Assembly (NCBI GenBank): GCA_963666055.2
Contig: CAXWPH010000005.1
Span: 93,758 to 157,757 of the forward strand
Reading direction: 5' to 3'
Length of the DNA: 64,000 nt
Origin: Acidobacteriota bacterium
GTDB lineage: Bacteria > Acidobacteriota > UBA890 > WLXD01
Part shown: piece after piece, positions 1-9,426 of the stretch
Position numbering within the stretch: position 1 is the first letter of the stretch
Layout of the letters: every line of letters begins with the position of its first letter
The notes under the pieces: generated by a model
The model's database searches: none
Seen by the model: only the letters and a program-made list of their open reading frames with translations
What the model was told of the DNA's origin: nothing
Position numbers and translations under genes: made by a program

Positions 1-1
1 T

Positions 2-559
2 TGCCGGCAGGCCGTAGAGCAGACGCTGGAGCGCTTCGGCCGCATCGACATCCTGTTCAACAACGCCGGGGTGTTTCATCCGAAGACCGTTCCGGACTGT
101 ACCGAGGAGGAGTGGGACGAGACGATCGACTCCAGCCTGAAAGGGGCCTTTCTCATGTCGAAGTACGTCATCCCGTCGATGATCGAGAGCGGTGGCGGCT
201 CGATCATCCACACCAGCTCCGGCTGGGGCATCCTCGGCGGCGACAAGGCGGCGGCGTACTGCGCGGCGAAGGGAGGCCTGATTGTCATGGCCAAGGCGAT
301 GGCGATCGACCACGGCCCCGACGGCATTCGCGTCAACTGCGTGTGCCCTGGCGACGTCGATACCCCGATGCTCCCCGACGACGCCGCCAAGCGTGGCCAG
401 TCGTGGGAGGAGTATCTCGCCGGCTGCTCGGCACGGCCGCTGGGGCGCATCGGCACCGCAGACGAGATCGCGGACGCGGTGGTCTTCCTCGCCTCCGACC
501 AATCTTCGTTCGTCACCGGCGAGTTTCTGGTCGTGGACGGTGGTGGCATCGCCGGCTGA
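2..559 (+). CDS. SDR family oxidoreductase (5'-partial)
   Basis: Frame is open to the window start (FGRIDILFNNAG), with YxxxK (YCAAK), GIRVNCVCPG and a VTGEFLVVDGG tail. Confidence 0.92.
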   Translation, partial: CRQAVEQTLERFGRIDILFNNAGVFHPKTVPDCTEEEWDETIDSSLKGAFLMSKYVIPSMIESGGGSIIHTSSGWGILGGDKAAAYCAAKGGLIVMAKAMAIDHGPDGIRVNCVCPGDVDTPMLPDDAAKRGQSWEEYLAGCSARPLGRIGTADEIADAVVFLASDQSSFVTGEFLVVDGGGIAG

Positions 560-610
560 GCGCCCCAAGGGCAGAATCGCGCTCCGCCTTTGACAGCGCA
601 CGTGGTCGAT

Positions 611-1054
611 TTATCGCACCGTCGTGGCACCACCGATTCGGTCTTCAATCGCGGCCCTCTCTTCCGGCGTAATCGGTCGATCCGGTTCCGATGTAACGCG
701 CTCGTGAAGCGCACGAAATTGCTCGACTAACTCCGGACTGTCCATGAAATAGACGACCTTTAGGGGCTCGTCATTGTCCAGGTTCTCGATGCGGTGAACC
801 GCGCTCTGTGGCACAAGAATCACGTCACCAGGTTCAATTGCTTCGGTTTTGTCACCCAACGTCGCGGCGCCCCGACCTGACACGACATAGAAAAGCTCAT
901 CGCCCTGGTCGTGAGTGTGAAGATTCGTTGTGTAGCCCCGCTGGAATGTTTGTTCAACCAGAATAGAGCCCAACGTTCCGGTCGTCGGCGATGCCTTGAC
1001 GACAATGCCGTTCAGCAGCGGTTGACCCTCTCCCGTCTTGAGAACGAATCCCAC
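611..1054 (-). CDS. Cupin domain protein (N-terminus possibly frameshifted)
   Basis: HTHDQGDELFYVVSG and PGDVILVPQSAVH cupin motifs; a lipoprotein-signal-like stretch (VLCAIILIGVGAC) lies upstream in another frame. Confidence 0.8.
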   Translation of the reverse strand: MGFVLKTGEGQPLLNGIVVKASPTTGTLGSILVEQTFQRGYTTNLHTHDQGDELFYVVSGRGAATLGDKTEAIEPGDVILVPQSAVHRIENLDNDEPLKVVYFMDSPELVEQFRALHERVTSEPDRPITPEERAAIEDRIGGATTVR

Positions 1055-1221
1055 CTGCTCCCTCAGTCCGCGTCGCTGTCATCGGCTCCATCTCGCGCAG
1101 AGCCTGGGCGGAGTCTCTTCGGTGCACGCTCCAACTCCGATCAAAATGATCGCACAGAGAACCGTCGCATCATCGTTAGGACCAAACTGGCTCCTGAACG
1201 CCGCACGCTCCTCGACCCGCC

Positions 1222-1300
1222 GGTGTCCCTCCAGTTGGGGAGCAGGTCACTGCTTGTCTTCAAAGACGGTGGCGGTGGCCCAAACACTTGGGGCAGGTCA
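1222..1300 (-). mobile_element. Two solo IS3-like terminal repeats in tandem
   Basis: Minus strand TGACCTGCCCCAAGTGTTTGGGCCACC (tip 1300) and TGACCTGCTCCCCAACTGGAGGGACACC (tip 1249) resemble the IS3 ends at 19471 and 24275. Confidence 0.5.
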
Positions 1301-1354
1301 GTACCGCCTGGACCACGAACCGCTATGTAACGCAGTGTCTCCTGTGCGCGGATC

Positions 1355-2809
1355 TCAGTAGGGCAGAAAGTAGAGCACGATCGCCAGAAATGGGACGAGC
1401 AAGATCATCATGGTGATCGCGTAGCCGAACATGTCCCGAGCACGGAGGCCGGTGATGGCTAGCAACGGGATGGCCCAGAACGGGTTGAGGAGGTTCGTGT
1501 GTGCGTCCCCGACCGCGTAGGCGGCGATCGTTTGGCCGTGAGGGATACCCAACTCGGCACCGGCCACCATCATGGGGCCACCGATGATCGCCCACTCGCC
1601 TCCGGCTGACGGCACGAAGATGTTGAGGACCCCTCCGGTGATCCAGGCGGTTACCGCGAAGTTCTCCGGTGTGGCGATCGAGAGCAGCGAGGCGGTCATG
1701 GTATCGACCAGCCCCGTTCCGGTCATGATTCCGATGATGCCGGCGTAGAACGGGAAGAGCAGGACGACTCCCGCGCTCCCCTGAACGGCGTCGTAGAACT
1801 CGCGCAGGTATTTGGTGGGACTGACGTAGAGCAAGAGTCCGATCATCAGGAACCCGAAGTTGAAGTTATTCAGGTCCAGCGCCCCGAGGCCTTGCGTGAA
1901 GAACTGCCTCAGAAACAGCACGACACCGGTCAACGCGAGGACGCCACCGAGGATCCTGCTGTTGTCGATTCTGTCGGCTATCGCAGGCTTGGCGGCGCCG
2001 GCGCGATCCTCGGCCGGGGTCGGCTCCGGTGGCGCATCCCCACCGTCGTCGTCCACGTAATACCCGATCGGCCTGCAGTTCTCATCGGGCGGGCTCAGCA
2101 GATACAGCATGATCGAGCAGAAGATGATCGACAGGACTGTGAGAATCAGCGGATAGGGATGGAACACCCACTCCGTCGAGGGGATCACGCGATCGACGAA
2201 GCCCATCTGCATCAGCGCATTTCCCTCGGTCGCTTGAAGGAGACCCGCGGAACTGGACAGCCCCCATCCCCACGTCAGGCTCATCCCCATGTAGCCCGCC
2301 ACGGCCAACAACGGATAGTGGGCAGCCATCCCGTTTCGTGCCGCCTGCTTGCCCATCTCACGGGCCATGATCCCCCCGAAGATGAGCCCCAAACCCCAGG
2401 AGACCCATCCGGCCAGCATCGACCCCACGCCTACCAGCACGACGGCCTGCCGACCGTTCTTGGGAATCCGAACGAGGCTCAGGATCACACCCCTCACCCG
2501 TGGGTGATACGCCACCACATTGGCCGTCACGAGGATGATCACCATCTGCATCGCGAACTGCAGCAGGGCCCAGAAGCCTCCGTACCATGACAGGGCGATC
2601 TCGGTCACTGCGGACCCTTCCGAGATAAATGCGGCGCCCGCCGCGACGTAGGTCAGGAGGATCGCGAAGAGGAACGGGCTCGGCATCCACCGCTCTACCC
2701 GGTCGGCGATCGCCTCCCCGAACTTTTGGACGGGAGTCATATTCGGCTCGATGACCTGCTCGGCAGTTGTCATGCTCGGCTCCTTGCCCTGTTTTGTTTC
2801 ATATGACAC
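1355..2809 (-). CDS. atoE: Short-chain fatty acid transporter, AtoE family
   Basis: ERWMPSPFLFAILLT, QFAMQM, HYPLLAVAGY, NIFVPSAGGEW and TNLLNPFWAIPLL motifs; many transmembrane segments. Confidence 0.88.
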   Translation of the reverse strand: MSYETKQGKEPSMTTAEQVIEPNMTPVQKFGEAIADRVERWMPSPFLFAILLTYVAAGAAFISEGSAVTEIALSWYGGFWALLQFAMQMVIILVTANVVAYHPRVRGVILSLVRIPKNGRQAVVLVGVGSMLAGWVSWGLGLIFGGIMAREMGKQAARNGMAAHYPLLAVAGYMGMSLTWGWGLSSSAGLLQATEGNALMQMGFVDRVIPSTEWVFHPYPLILTVLSIIFCSIMLYLLSPPDENCRPIGYYVDDDGGDAPPEPTPAEDRAGAAKPAIADRIDNSRILGGVLALTGVVLFLRQFFTQGLGALDLNNFNFGFLMIGLLLYVSPTKYLREFYDAVQGSAGVVLLFPFYAGIIGIMTGTGLVDTMTASLLSIATPENFAVTAWITGGVLNIFVPSAGGEWAIIGGPMMVAGAELGIPHGQTIAAYAVGDAHTNLLNPFWAIPLLAITGLRARDMFGYAITMMILLVPFLAIVLYFLPY

Positions 2810-3193
2810 CTATGACACCTGGAAGGGCTCCTCTTATGTTGGGTCGAGATGGATGGGAGCCACGACCGGTGATCCTAGATGAGTTCGATGCCGATTTCAC
2901 GACCGGCGAGCTGTCAGGATTGATCGAGGTGGTGGACGGACGTTGGGGCGCTTCGTTGGAGATCAACCGACCTCGTCCAGAAGTACACCGCCTTTCTGGA
3001 GGAACAGTTCGAGGCCCACCTCGCCCTGTCGCAGTACTTCACGCCGTCCGGTGGGGGCCGAGATGACCCCCGGGGCAATCTTGCTGATTGACGATCAGCA
3101 GTGCTAGCCAGCCAAAAAACGCCGACCCTCTTTCAGACAAGGGTGCTCATCGCTCGTGGAAAGACAGAGCAAACTTAGATCTAGTTTAACCTG

Positions 3194-3229
3194 TTGTTCA
3201 GTAGTACTGAACATATTAGTATTATAAAC
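3194..3229 (+). promoter_or_regulatory. Sigma70-like promoter with palindromic operator of the AbiE operon; probably leaderless
   Basis: TTGTTC(3194)-17 bp-TAGTAT(3217), 7 nt before ATG 3230, no SD; perfect inverted repeat TGTTCAGTA-G-TACTGAACA at 3195-3213. Confidence 0.65.
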
Positions 3230-4258
3230 ATGCGGACCGACCTTCAGACCTACCTTGGACATATCCGACAGCTGCCCTTCGTGCGAGGTCTGCAGGTCAA
3301 GCTCGAACAAGGCCTCGCGCCAGAGCGGGCAGACACGATCCTCCAGATCGAGCTGCCTGACGGAACCAGAAAAAACATGGTCGTCGAGGTCAAGAGAACA
3401 AACCTCACTTATGCACTTGCACAGGCTCTCCGCAATCGCGCCGAGCGTGTCTACCCGTATCCTCTACTCGTCACCGCGCCGAAGATCACCCGGGGAGTCG
3501 GACAAGCACTCGCCCATCAAGGCATTAACTATGTAGATGCAGCCGGTAATTGCCGGATCAACCTCGAAGATCAGTACGTCGCTGTTATCGAGGGACGCCA
3601 CCCGATCGCGAAAGAAACACCTCGAGGACGAGGCCTCGGTGCCGCCGGATACCAAGTTCTGTTCACCATCCTGGCCTGGCCCGACGCCGCCCACGCGACG
3701 CTCCGTGAACTGGCGCGCCAAGCAGGCACCGCGCTGGGGACCGCTACGACCACCTTGAGAAGACTGGAGGCCGAGGGCCTGCTACTCAGAGGCCACCCTG
3801 GGGTGCTTGTCCACGACCGTCAAGAGATCCTGGAAAGATGGGTTCATGGATACCAAGACCAAGTCCGGCCGAAGTGGTTGATTGGACGTTACCGAACTCC
3901 CGATCAAGACCCCGACAACTTGGAAAGGCGGCTCACGCAGGCTATCAACACCTGGCAACCCGAACTAGGCTGGGCTTGGGGCGGCGGCGCGGGCGCAATG
4001 CGTCTCACTCGATGCTTCCGCGGTCCAGAAACCGTCCTCTGCGTAAAGGCGCCGCCGCACAACCTGACGAGGGAACTCAAGGCGCTTCCGGACGCGAAAG
4101 GGCCGCTAGTGCTGCTCGAAGTCCCGACCGACCTGTTCCTAGCCGGCCCCGAGGATCATGTTGTTCATCCCCTGCTTCTCTACACCCAACTCCTGGCGAT
4201 GCATGACGAACGCGCCCGGGAGGCGGCAGCGGAGCTACATGATCGCTATCTGCGATGA
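3230..4258 (+). CDS. abiEi: Type IV toxin-antitoxin antitoxin, AbiEi family
   Basis: INYVDAAGNC motif, central wHTH (TLRELARQAGTALGTATTTLRRL), WGGGAGA and VVHPLLLYTQLL...RAREAA C-terminus. Confidence 0.8.
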   Translation: MRTDLQTYLGHIRQLPFVRGLQVKLEQGLAPERADTILQIELPDGTRKNMVVEVKRTNLTYALAQALRNRAERVYPYPLLVTAPKITRGVGQALAHQGINYVDAAGNCRINLEDQYVAVIEGRHPIAKETPRGRGLGAAGYQVLFTILAWPDAAHATLRELARQAGTALGTATTTLRRLEAEGLLLRGHPGVLVHDRQEILERWVHGYQDQVRPKWLIGRYRTPDQDPDNLERRLTQAINTWQPELGWAWGGGAGAMRLTRCFRGPETVLCVKAPPHNLTRELKALPDAKGPLVLLEVPTDLFLAGPEDHVVHPLLLYTQLLAMHDERAREAAAELHDRYLR

Positions 4259-5043
4259 GAGCTCACGGACTAGACGCAACACAACTGGACACGTTGCACG
4301 AGCTCGTCGATTGCTGGGGTAAGGACCGCTTCGCTCTTATCGGAGCGCGCGCGCTGGGCTGTTTCCTACCATTGGATTGGCGTCTGACGGAGGACCTAGA
4401 CGTCACCGTCCTGACATCCCTCGAGGACTACCCCGACGGACTCGATCGCCGTGATGGCTGGAATCAGGACACCCGGATCGCGCAGCGATGGCACTCCCCG
4501 TCCGGGGTGCGAGTAGACGTACTGCCGGTTGGCCCGGACGGCGCCCCAACAGAGCCCTTGCACTGGCCCGGCGAGGACCGGATCCTCAGCACAGTCGGAC
4601 TCCGTCTTGTCGATGTGCACTCGGTCGAAATATTGCCGCGAGACGATCTGACGATACGAGTCGCGCCGGTTCCAGTGATCACAGTGCTAAAGACGATCTC
4701 GTTCTTGGATCGGCCAGACGAGCGGCTCCGCGACCTACAGGACTTGGCTCGTGTCCTGATCGGCTATCCGGAGCTAGAAGAGCGCTTCCCCGACATCGTT
4801 ATCGAGCGAGGCCTCGACTACGATCAGTCGGGTCCCTTCATCCTGGGTCGCGAGATTGCATGTCTGGATCTGGAGCCGGTTGAACAGGACCACCTGGAAC
4901 GATTCCTGACTCTCGTTGAAGACACCGATGCGATCGCTGGACGAATCGCCAGCGAGATCGACCGGGACCTGGATCACGTACGGAGGTTGCTGGACGCGCT
5001 ATCCCTCGGTCTTCGGTCGGCGGAAAGCCCGTCTCGATCTTGA
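4255..5043 (+). CDS. abiEii: Type IV TA toxin, AbiEii-like nucleotidyltransferase
   Basis: LIGARA...RLTEDLDV nucleotidyltransferase motif, VLK..S..DR and RDLQDL; ATGA overlap with the antitoxin gene. Confidence 0.8.
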   Translation: MRAHGLDATQLDTLHELVDCWGKDRFALIGARALGCFLPLDWRLTEDLDVTVLTSLEDYPDGLDRRDGWNQDTRIAQRWHSPSGVRVDVLPVGPDGAPTEPLHWPGEDRILSTVGLRLVDVHSVEILPRDDLTIRVAPVPVITVLKTISFLDRPDERLRDLQDLARVLIGYPELEERFPDIVIERGLDYDQSGPFILGREIACLDLEPVEQDHLERFLTLVEDTDAIAGRIASEIDRDLDHVRRLLDALSLGLRSAESPSRS

Positions 5044-5520
5044 TCTCGAGCAACTCGCCGACGCAGCGCATCGGCTCTCTCGGGAGCGATGGGCGTCTCC
5101 AAACCGTCTCCAAGACCCGGGTGCACTCCAGTAGATTCCAGACGACTGGAGTCGGCTACCTGAGCCGCCGTAAACGGATACCTGTCAACGAGAACCGGCG
5201 AAAGCCGTGCGCCATCAACTATTCCTGATGGTTGTGATCGCCAGTGCGAACTTTCTCCTGGCGAAGCACTGGTCGATGCGACCGCATACGATGAACCCGA
5301 CAATCGCTTGTTCATGGGTCCAAAACACCAAGAACTTGGTCTTCGCCTGCGTCAGCCCGTGGATTTGCACGCCCGCCATGCTATTTTAGTCAGCGCGAAA
5401 CCTTGCTGAATCGTGAAGGGCCGTGCGTCTAGCCAGGCGCCCATGAGTTGACGGATTGAGCTCGGCCATGCCGGGGATCAGCTGGCCTGTGGCGGCGCCC
5501 GCGGTCCCCTGAGGACGGGG

Positions 5521-7983
5521 ATGAAGACGTTTGCCGCAGGTGCTGCGGTCGTTACGATCTGGCTGGCTGCCGTAAGTCAGCCAGAAGAGAGCGGTGCGGC
5601 CGTTAGGCAGGCCGCAGACCTGTTCGCCGTTGCCCATGCGATCACCGCAACGTCCCCGCCTGCGCCGGCGAAGCTGAACCCGGTCATCCGACAGTACTGC
5701 GTCCGCTGCCACAACGACCAGATGCTGCGCGGCAACCTCTCGCTCGAGACGTTCGATGTCGCCGCAGCGCACGAGCGCGCTGCGACGGCCGAGAAGATGA
5801 TCGTCAAGCTCCGGGCCGGGATGATGCCGCCACCCGGCGAACGCCGGCCGGGCCCCGACACGCTCCGGACGCTCGCCGAGGCTCTCGAGAGCGTCGTCGA
5901 CGAGGCCGCCGCGGTGGATCCGAATCCCGGGGCGCGCCGATTCCAGCGTCTCAATCGGGCAGAGTACGAGCGCGTGATTGGTGATCTCCTGGCGCTCGAG
6001 GTGGACGCCACTCGGTGGCTCCCCGCCGATATCTACCTGGGCAACTTCGACAACATGTCGGACGCGCAAGGGCTTTCGACTACGCTGCTGGAAGCGTACC
6101 TGCGGGCCGCTGCGGATGTCAGTCGGTCGGCCGTCGGCAACCCGGCGGCGCTTTCCAGCAGTGCCAAGTACACCAACCGCATCGAGGTGTCGCAACACGC
6201 CTGGGACCACATCGAGGGAGCACCCTTCGGGACGCGTGGCGGGATGGTTGTTACGCACGACTTCCCCGCCGATGGAGAGTACGTGTTCTCGATCGAGACC
6301 CAGTTCGGGAAAGGGATGGGAGTCGAAGACATCGACATCTCGATCGATGGCGAAGGTGTGGCTCTCCTGGCTCTGGCGCTGCCGCGTACGGAACGCCGGA
6401 GGCCCGGAGACGCTGCCGACGTTCCGTTCCGCACCGAGCCGGTCTTCGTCCGCGCCGGCCAGCGCCGCGTCTCGGCGGCGTTCGTCCGCAAGATCGAGGG
6501 TCCGTACGAGGATCGTCTGAGCCCGCATGCGTCGTCGTCTGTCGGGGGTGAGGACTCCGAGGCCTGGGCCAACTATGGGCTCACCGTGTTGCCGCATCTC
6601 AAAGTATTGATGATCACCGGGCCTCAGCGCCCGAGCGGCCTCTCGGACACGGCCAGCCGCCAGAAGATCTTCAGCTGCCGCCCGTCTACCCCCGACGAAG
6701 AACGTCCGTGCGCCGAAGCGATCGTCTCGCGCCTCGTCCTGGAGGCGTACCGCCGGCCGGCCACGGCGGAAGATCTCGCTGGCCCCATGTCCTTCTATGA
6801 TCGCGCCGCCGCGGACGACGGGTTCGAGATCGGAGTGCGAACCGCGCTTCAGGCGATCCTGGCGAGTCCGTTGTTCATCTACCGCCTCGAGCGCGAACCC
6901 TCCGGCCTGCGGCCGGGGGAGAGCTACCGTTTGGGCGACCTCGATCTTGCCTCCCGTCTCTCGTTTTTCCTGTGGGCCACCAGCCCGGACCACGAACTGC
7001 TCGAACTGGCGGCAAAAGGCCAGCTTTCCGAGCTGGGAATCTTGGAACAGCAGGTCGAACGGATGCTGCAGGACCCGCGCTCGGAGGCGCTCGCGACGCG
7101 CTTCGCGTCGCAGTGGCTGCGCCTGCAGGACGCCGACGACAACGAGCCCGAGCCCTTTCTTTATCCTGATTTCACCGGCCAGCTGCGCGACGACCTGGTG
7201 CGCGAGACCCAGCGGTTCTTCGACTACCTCGTCCGCGAGGACCGCAGTCTTCTCGAGCTGTTCACGGCGGACTACACGTTCTTGAACGAGCGCCTGGCGC
7301 GTCACTACGGAATTCCCGGCGTGACGGGCTCCCACTTCCGTCGGGTCAGCTATCCCAACGATATGCGGCGCGGCGTCCTCGGCCACGGAAGCGTTCTGTT
7401 GCTGACCTCGATGTCGGCCCGCACGTCGCCGGTGCTCCGCGGCAAGTGGGTGATGGAAGTGCTCATGGGTACGCCACCACCCCCGCCGCCGCCCGACATA
7501 CCGGCGTTCGAGGAGACCGAGAGCAGCGCGGCGGGTCGCCGCCTGACGACACGCGAGCGGCTGGAGATTCACCGCGCCAACCCGACCTGCCACTCTTGCC
7601 ACCGTTTCATGGACCCGATCGGTTTGGCGCTGGACAACTACGACGTGACGGGCCGATTGCGAATCCGCGAGAACGGCGCGCCGCTCGACACGCGGGGCAC
7701 GTACTACGACGGCACGGATGTGAGCACCCCGAGCGAGCTCATCGACCTGCTCATGAAGCGTCCGATCCCGTTGGTGCGGAACTTCGCGGAGAACTTACTC
7801 GCGTACGCCATGGGTCGACGCGTCGAGTACTACGACCAGCCCGAGATCCGCGCCCTCGTACGTGAAGCGGAGGCCAACGACTACCGAATGTCTTCGTTCA
7901 TCCTGGGGGTCGTGAAGAGCGTTCCGTTCCGGATGATGCGATCTCAAGCGATCGTTGACCAACAGACCGAGCCAAACAACTAG
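5521..7983 (+). CDS. DUF1592/DUF1588/DUF1595/DUF1587/DUF1585 domain c-type cytochrome-like protein
   Basis: CVRCH and CHSCH heme motifs, RLNRAEYE, LASRLSFFLW, TSPVLRGKWV, AYAMGR. Confidence 0.9.
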   Translation: MKTFAAGAAVVTIWLAAVSQPEESGAAVRQAADLFAVAHAITATSPPAPAKLNPVIRQYCVRCHNDQMLRGNLSLETFDVAAAHERAATAEKMIVKLRAGMMPPPGERRPGPDTLRTLAEALESVVDEAAAVDPNPGARRFQRLNRAEYERVIGDLLALEVDATRWLPADIYLGNFDNMSDAQGLSTTLLEAYLRAAADVSRSAVGNPAALSSSAKYTNRIEVSQHAWDHIEGAPFGTRGGMVVTHDFPADGEYVFSIETQFGKGMGVEDIDISIDGEGVALLALALPRTERRRPGDAADVPFRTEPVFVRAGQRRVSAAFVRKIEGPYEDRLSPHASSSVGGEDSEAWANYGLTVLPHLKVLMITGPQRPSGLSDTASRQKIFSCRPSTPDEERPCAEAIVSRLVLEAYRRPATAEDLAGPMSFYDRAAADDGFEIGVRTALQAILASPLFIYRLEREPSGLRPGESYRLGDLDLASRLSFFLWATSPDHELLELAAKGQLSELGILEQQVERMLQDPRSEALATRFASQWLRLQDADDNEPEPFLYPDFTGQLRDDLVRETQRFFDYLVREDRSLLELFTADYTFLNERLARHYGIPGVTGSHFRRVSYPNDMRRGVLGHGSVLLLTSMSARTSPVLRGKWVMEVLMGTPPPPPPPDIPAFEETESSAAGRRLTTRERLEIHRANPTCHSCHRFMDPIGLALDNYDVTGRLRIRENGAPLDTRGTYYDGTDVSTPSELIDLLMKRPIPLVRNFAENLLAYAMGRRVEYYDQPEIRALVREAEANDYRMSSFILGVVKSVPFRMMRSQAIVDQQTEPNN

Positions 7984-8001
7984 AACCAGGACACTATAGC
8001 C

Positions 8002-9426
8002 ATGGAATTTATCACCGGGAAACATCTCTCGCGCCGCACGTTCATCCGGGGTACGGGCGTGAGCGTGGCGCTGCCCTTCCTCGACGCGATGGTGCCCGCC
8101 GGGCGGCTCTGGCGACACAGCACGGTCGAGCCAGGCTTCACGCGGCTGGTGTGCATTGAAGAGTCGATGGGCGCCGCCGGTTGTAGCGACTGGGGCGCCG
8201 CCCGCCACCTCTTCGCTCCGGCGAAGATCGGCCGCGACTTCGACTTCGCTACGGGCAGCCAGCTGGCGCCGCTCGCCGACTTCCGCGAGCACATGACGAT
8301 CGTGAGCAATACGGACTGTCGGTCGGCAGAAGCGTGGCGTGCGGAGGAGATCGGCGGCGACCACGACCGATCGACGGCCGTGTTCCTGACCCAGGCGCAC
8401 CCCAAGCAGACGCAGGGCTCGGACGTCTTCCTCGGAACATCGCTCGATCAGCTCCACGCGCAGCGTTTCGGGCGCGACACCGTACTGCCTTCGCTCGAGC
8501 TATGCATCGAGGACACCGACCGCGGCGGTGGCTGCAATTACAACTACCACTGCGCATACACGAACTCGCTGTCCTGGGCGTCTCCCGACCAACCGCTCCC
8601 GGCGATCCGAGAGCCTCGGGTAGTGTTCGAGCGGCTGTTCGGTGCCGGCGACACGCCGGAAGACCGTGCGGCCCGACGTCGCACGGACCGGAGCCTGATC
8701 GACTGGATCGCGACCGAGGTGACGCGCCTCAAGCGGAGCCTGGGAGCCGTGGATCGTCGGGCGCTCGACCAGCACGTGGAGTACATCCGAGAGATCGAGC
8801 GGCGGATCCAGCTTGTCGAGGCACGCAACAGCAGTGGCGTGGAGCGCGAGATGCCCGAGGCGCCTTCAGGTGTCCCGGACTCGTTCGATGAGCACATGCA
8901 GCTGATGTTCGATCTGCAGGTGCTGGCGCTACAGAGCGATCTCACGCGTGTTATCACGTTCAAGACGGGAGTCGATCTGTCGAACCGCGTCTTCCCGCAG
9001 AGCGGGGTCACGAAGTCGATTCACGGGACCTCGCACCACGGCAACGTCTCCGCGGAGATCATGGACTTCCACAAGATCAACACCTACCGCCTCGGCCAGC
9101 TCGAGTACTTTCTCCGCAAGCTGCGGGACACGTCGGACGGCGACGCTTCGCTGCTCGACAAGACGGCGATTATCTGGGGATCTCCGATGGCCGACCCCAA
9201 TCTTCACAACCACCGTAGGGCGCCGCTTCTGTTATTGGGAGGCGCCAACGGGGCCCTCGAAGGCGGCCTACACGTACGCGCCGACGACGGCACGCCCATG
9301 GCGAACGCACTCCTGAGTGTGATGCAGAAGATCGGGCATGAGGAGATGGAGACGTTCGGCGACAGCACCGGCACGCTATCGCTGGACTACGCGCCCCAGG
9401 CCTCGACCGGAGGTGACGCCCGATGA
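8002..9426 (+). CDS. DUF1552 (HxxSHH) domain protein
   Basis: SRRTFIRGTGVSVALPFLDAM Tat-like start and HGTSHH motif; follows the DUF1592 gene. Confidence 0.9.
   Translation: MEFITGKHLSRRTFIRGTGVSVALPFLDAMVPAGRLWRHSTVEPGFTRLVCIEESMGAAGCSDWGAARHLFAPAKIGRDFDFATGSQLAPLADFREHMTIVSNTDCRSAEAWRAEEIGGDHDRSTAVFLTQAHPKQTQGSDVFLGTSLDQLHAQRFGRDTVLPSLELCIEDTDRGGGCNYNYHCAYTNSLSWASPDQPLPAIREPRVVFERLFGAGDTPEDRAARRRTDRSLIDWIATEVTRLKRSLGAVDRRALDQHVEYIREIERRIQLVEARNSSGVEREMPEAPSGVPDSFDEHMQLMFDLQVLALQSDLTRVITFKTGVDLSNRVFPQSGVTKSIHGTSHHGNVSAEIMDFHKINTYRLGQLEYFLRKLRDTSDGDASLLDKTAIIWGSPMADPNLHNHRRAPLLLLGGANGALEGGLHVRADDGTPMANALLSVMQKIGHEEMETFGDSTGTLSLDYAPQASTGGDAR

Noticed and set aside
5386-7602. Long antisense ORFs (738 aa here; also 33418-34986 and 9483-10793)
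   Set aside because: Shadow frames of GC-rich genes on the opposite strand, with no recognisable motifs
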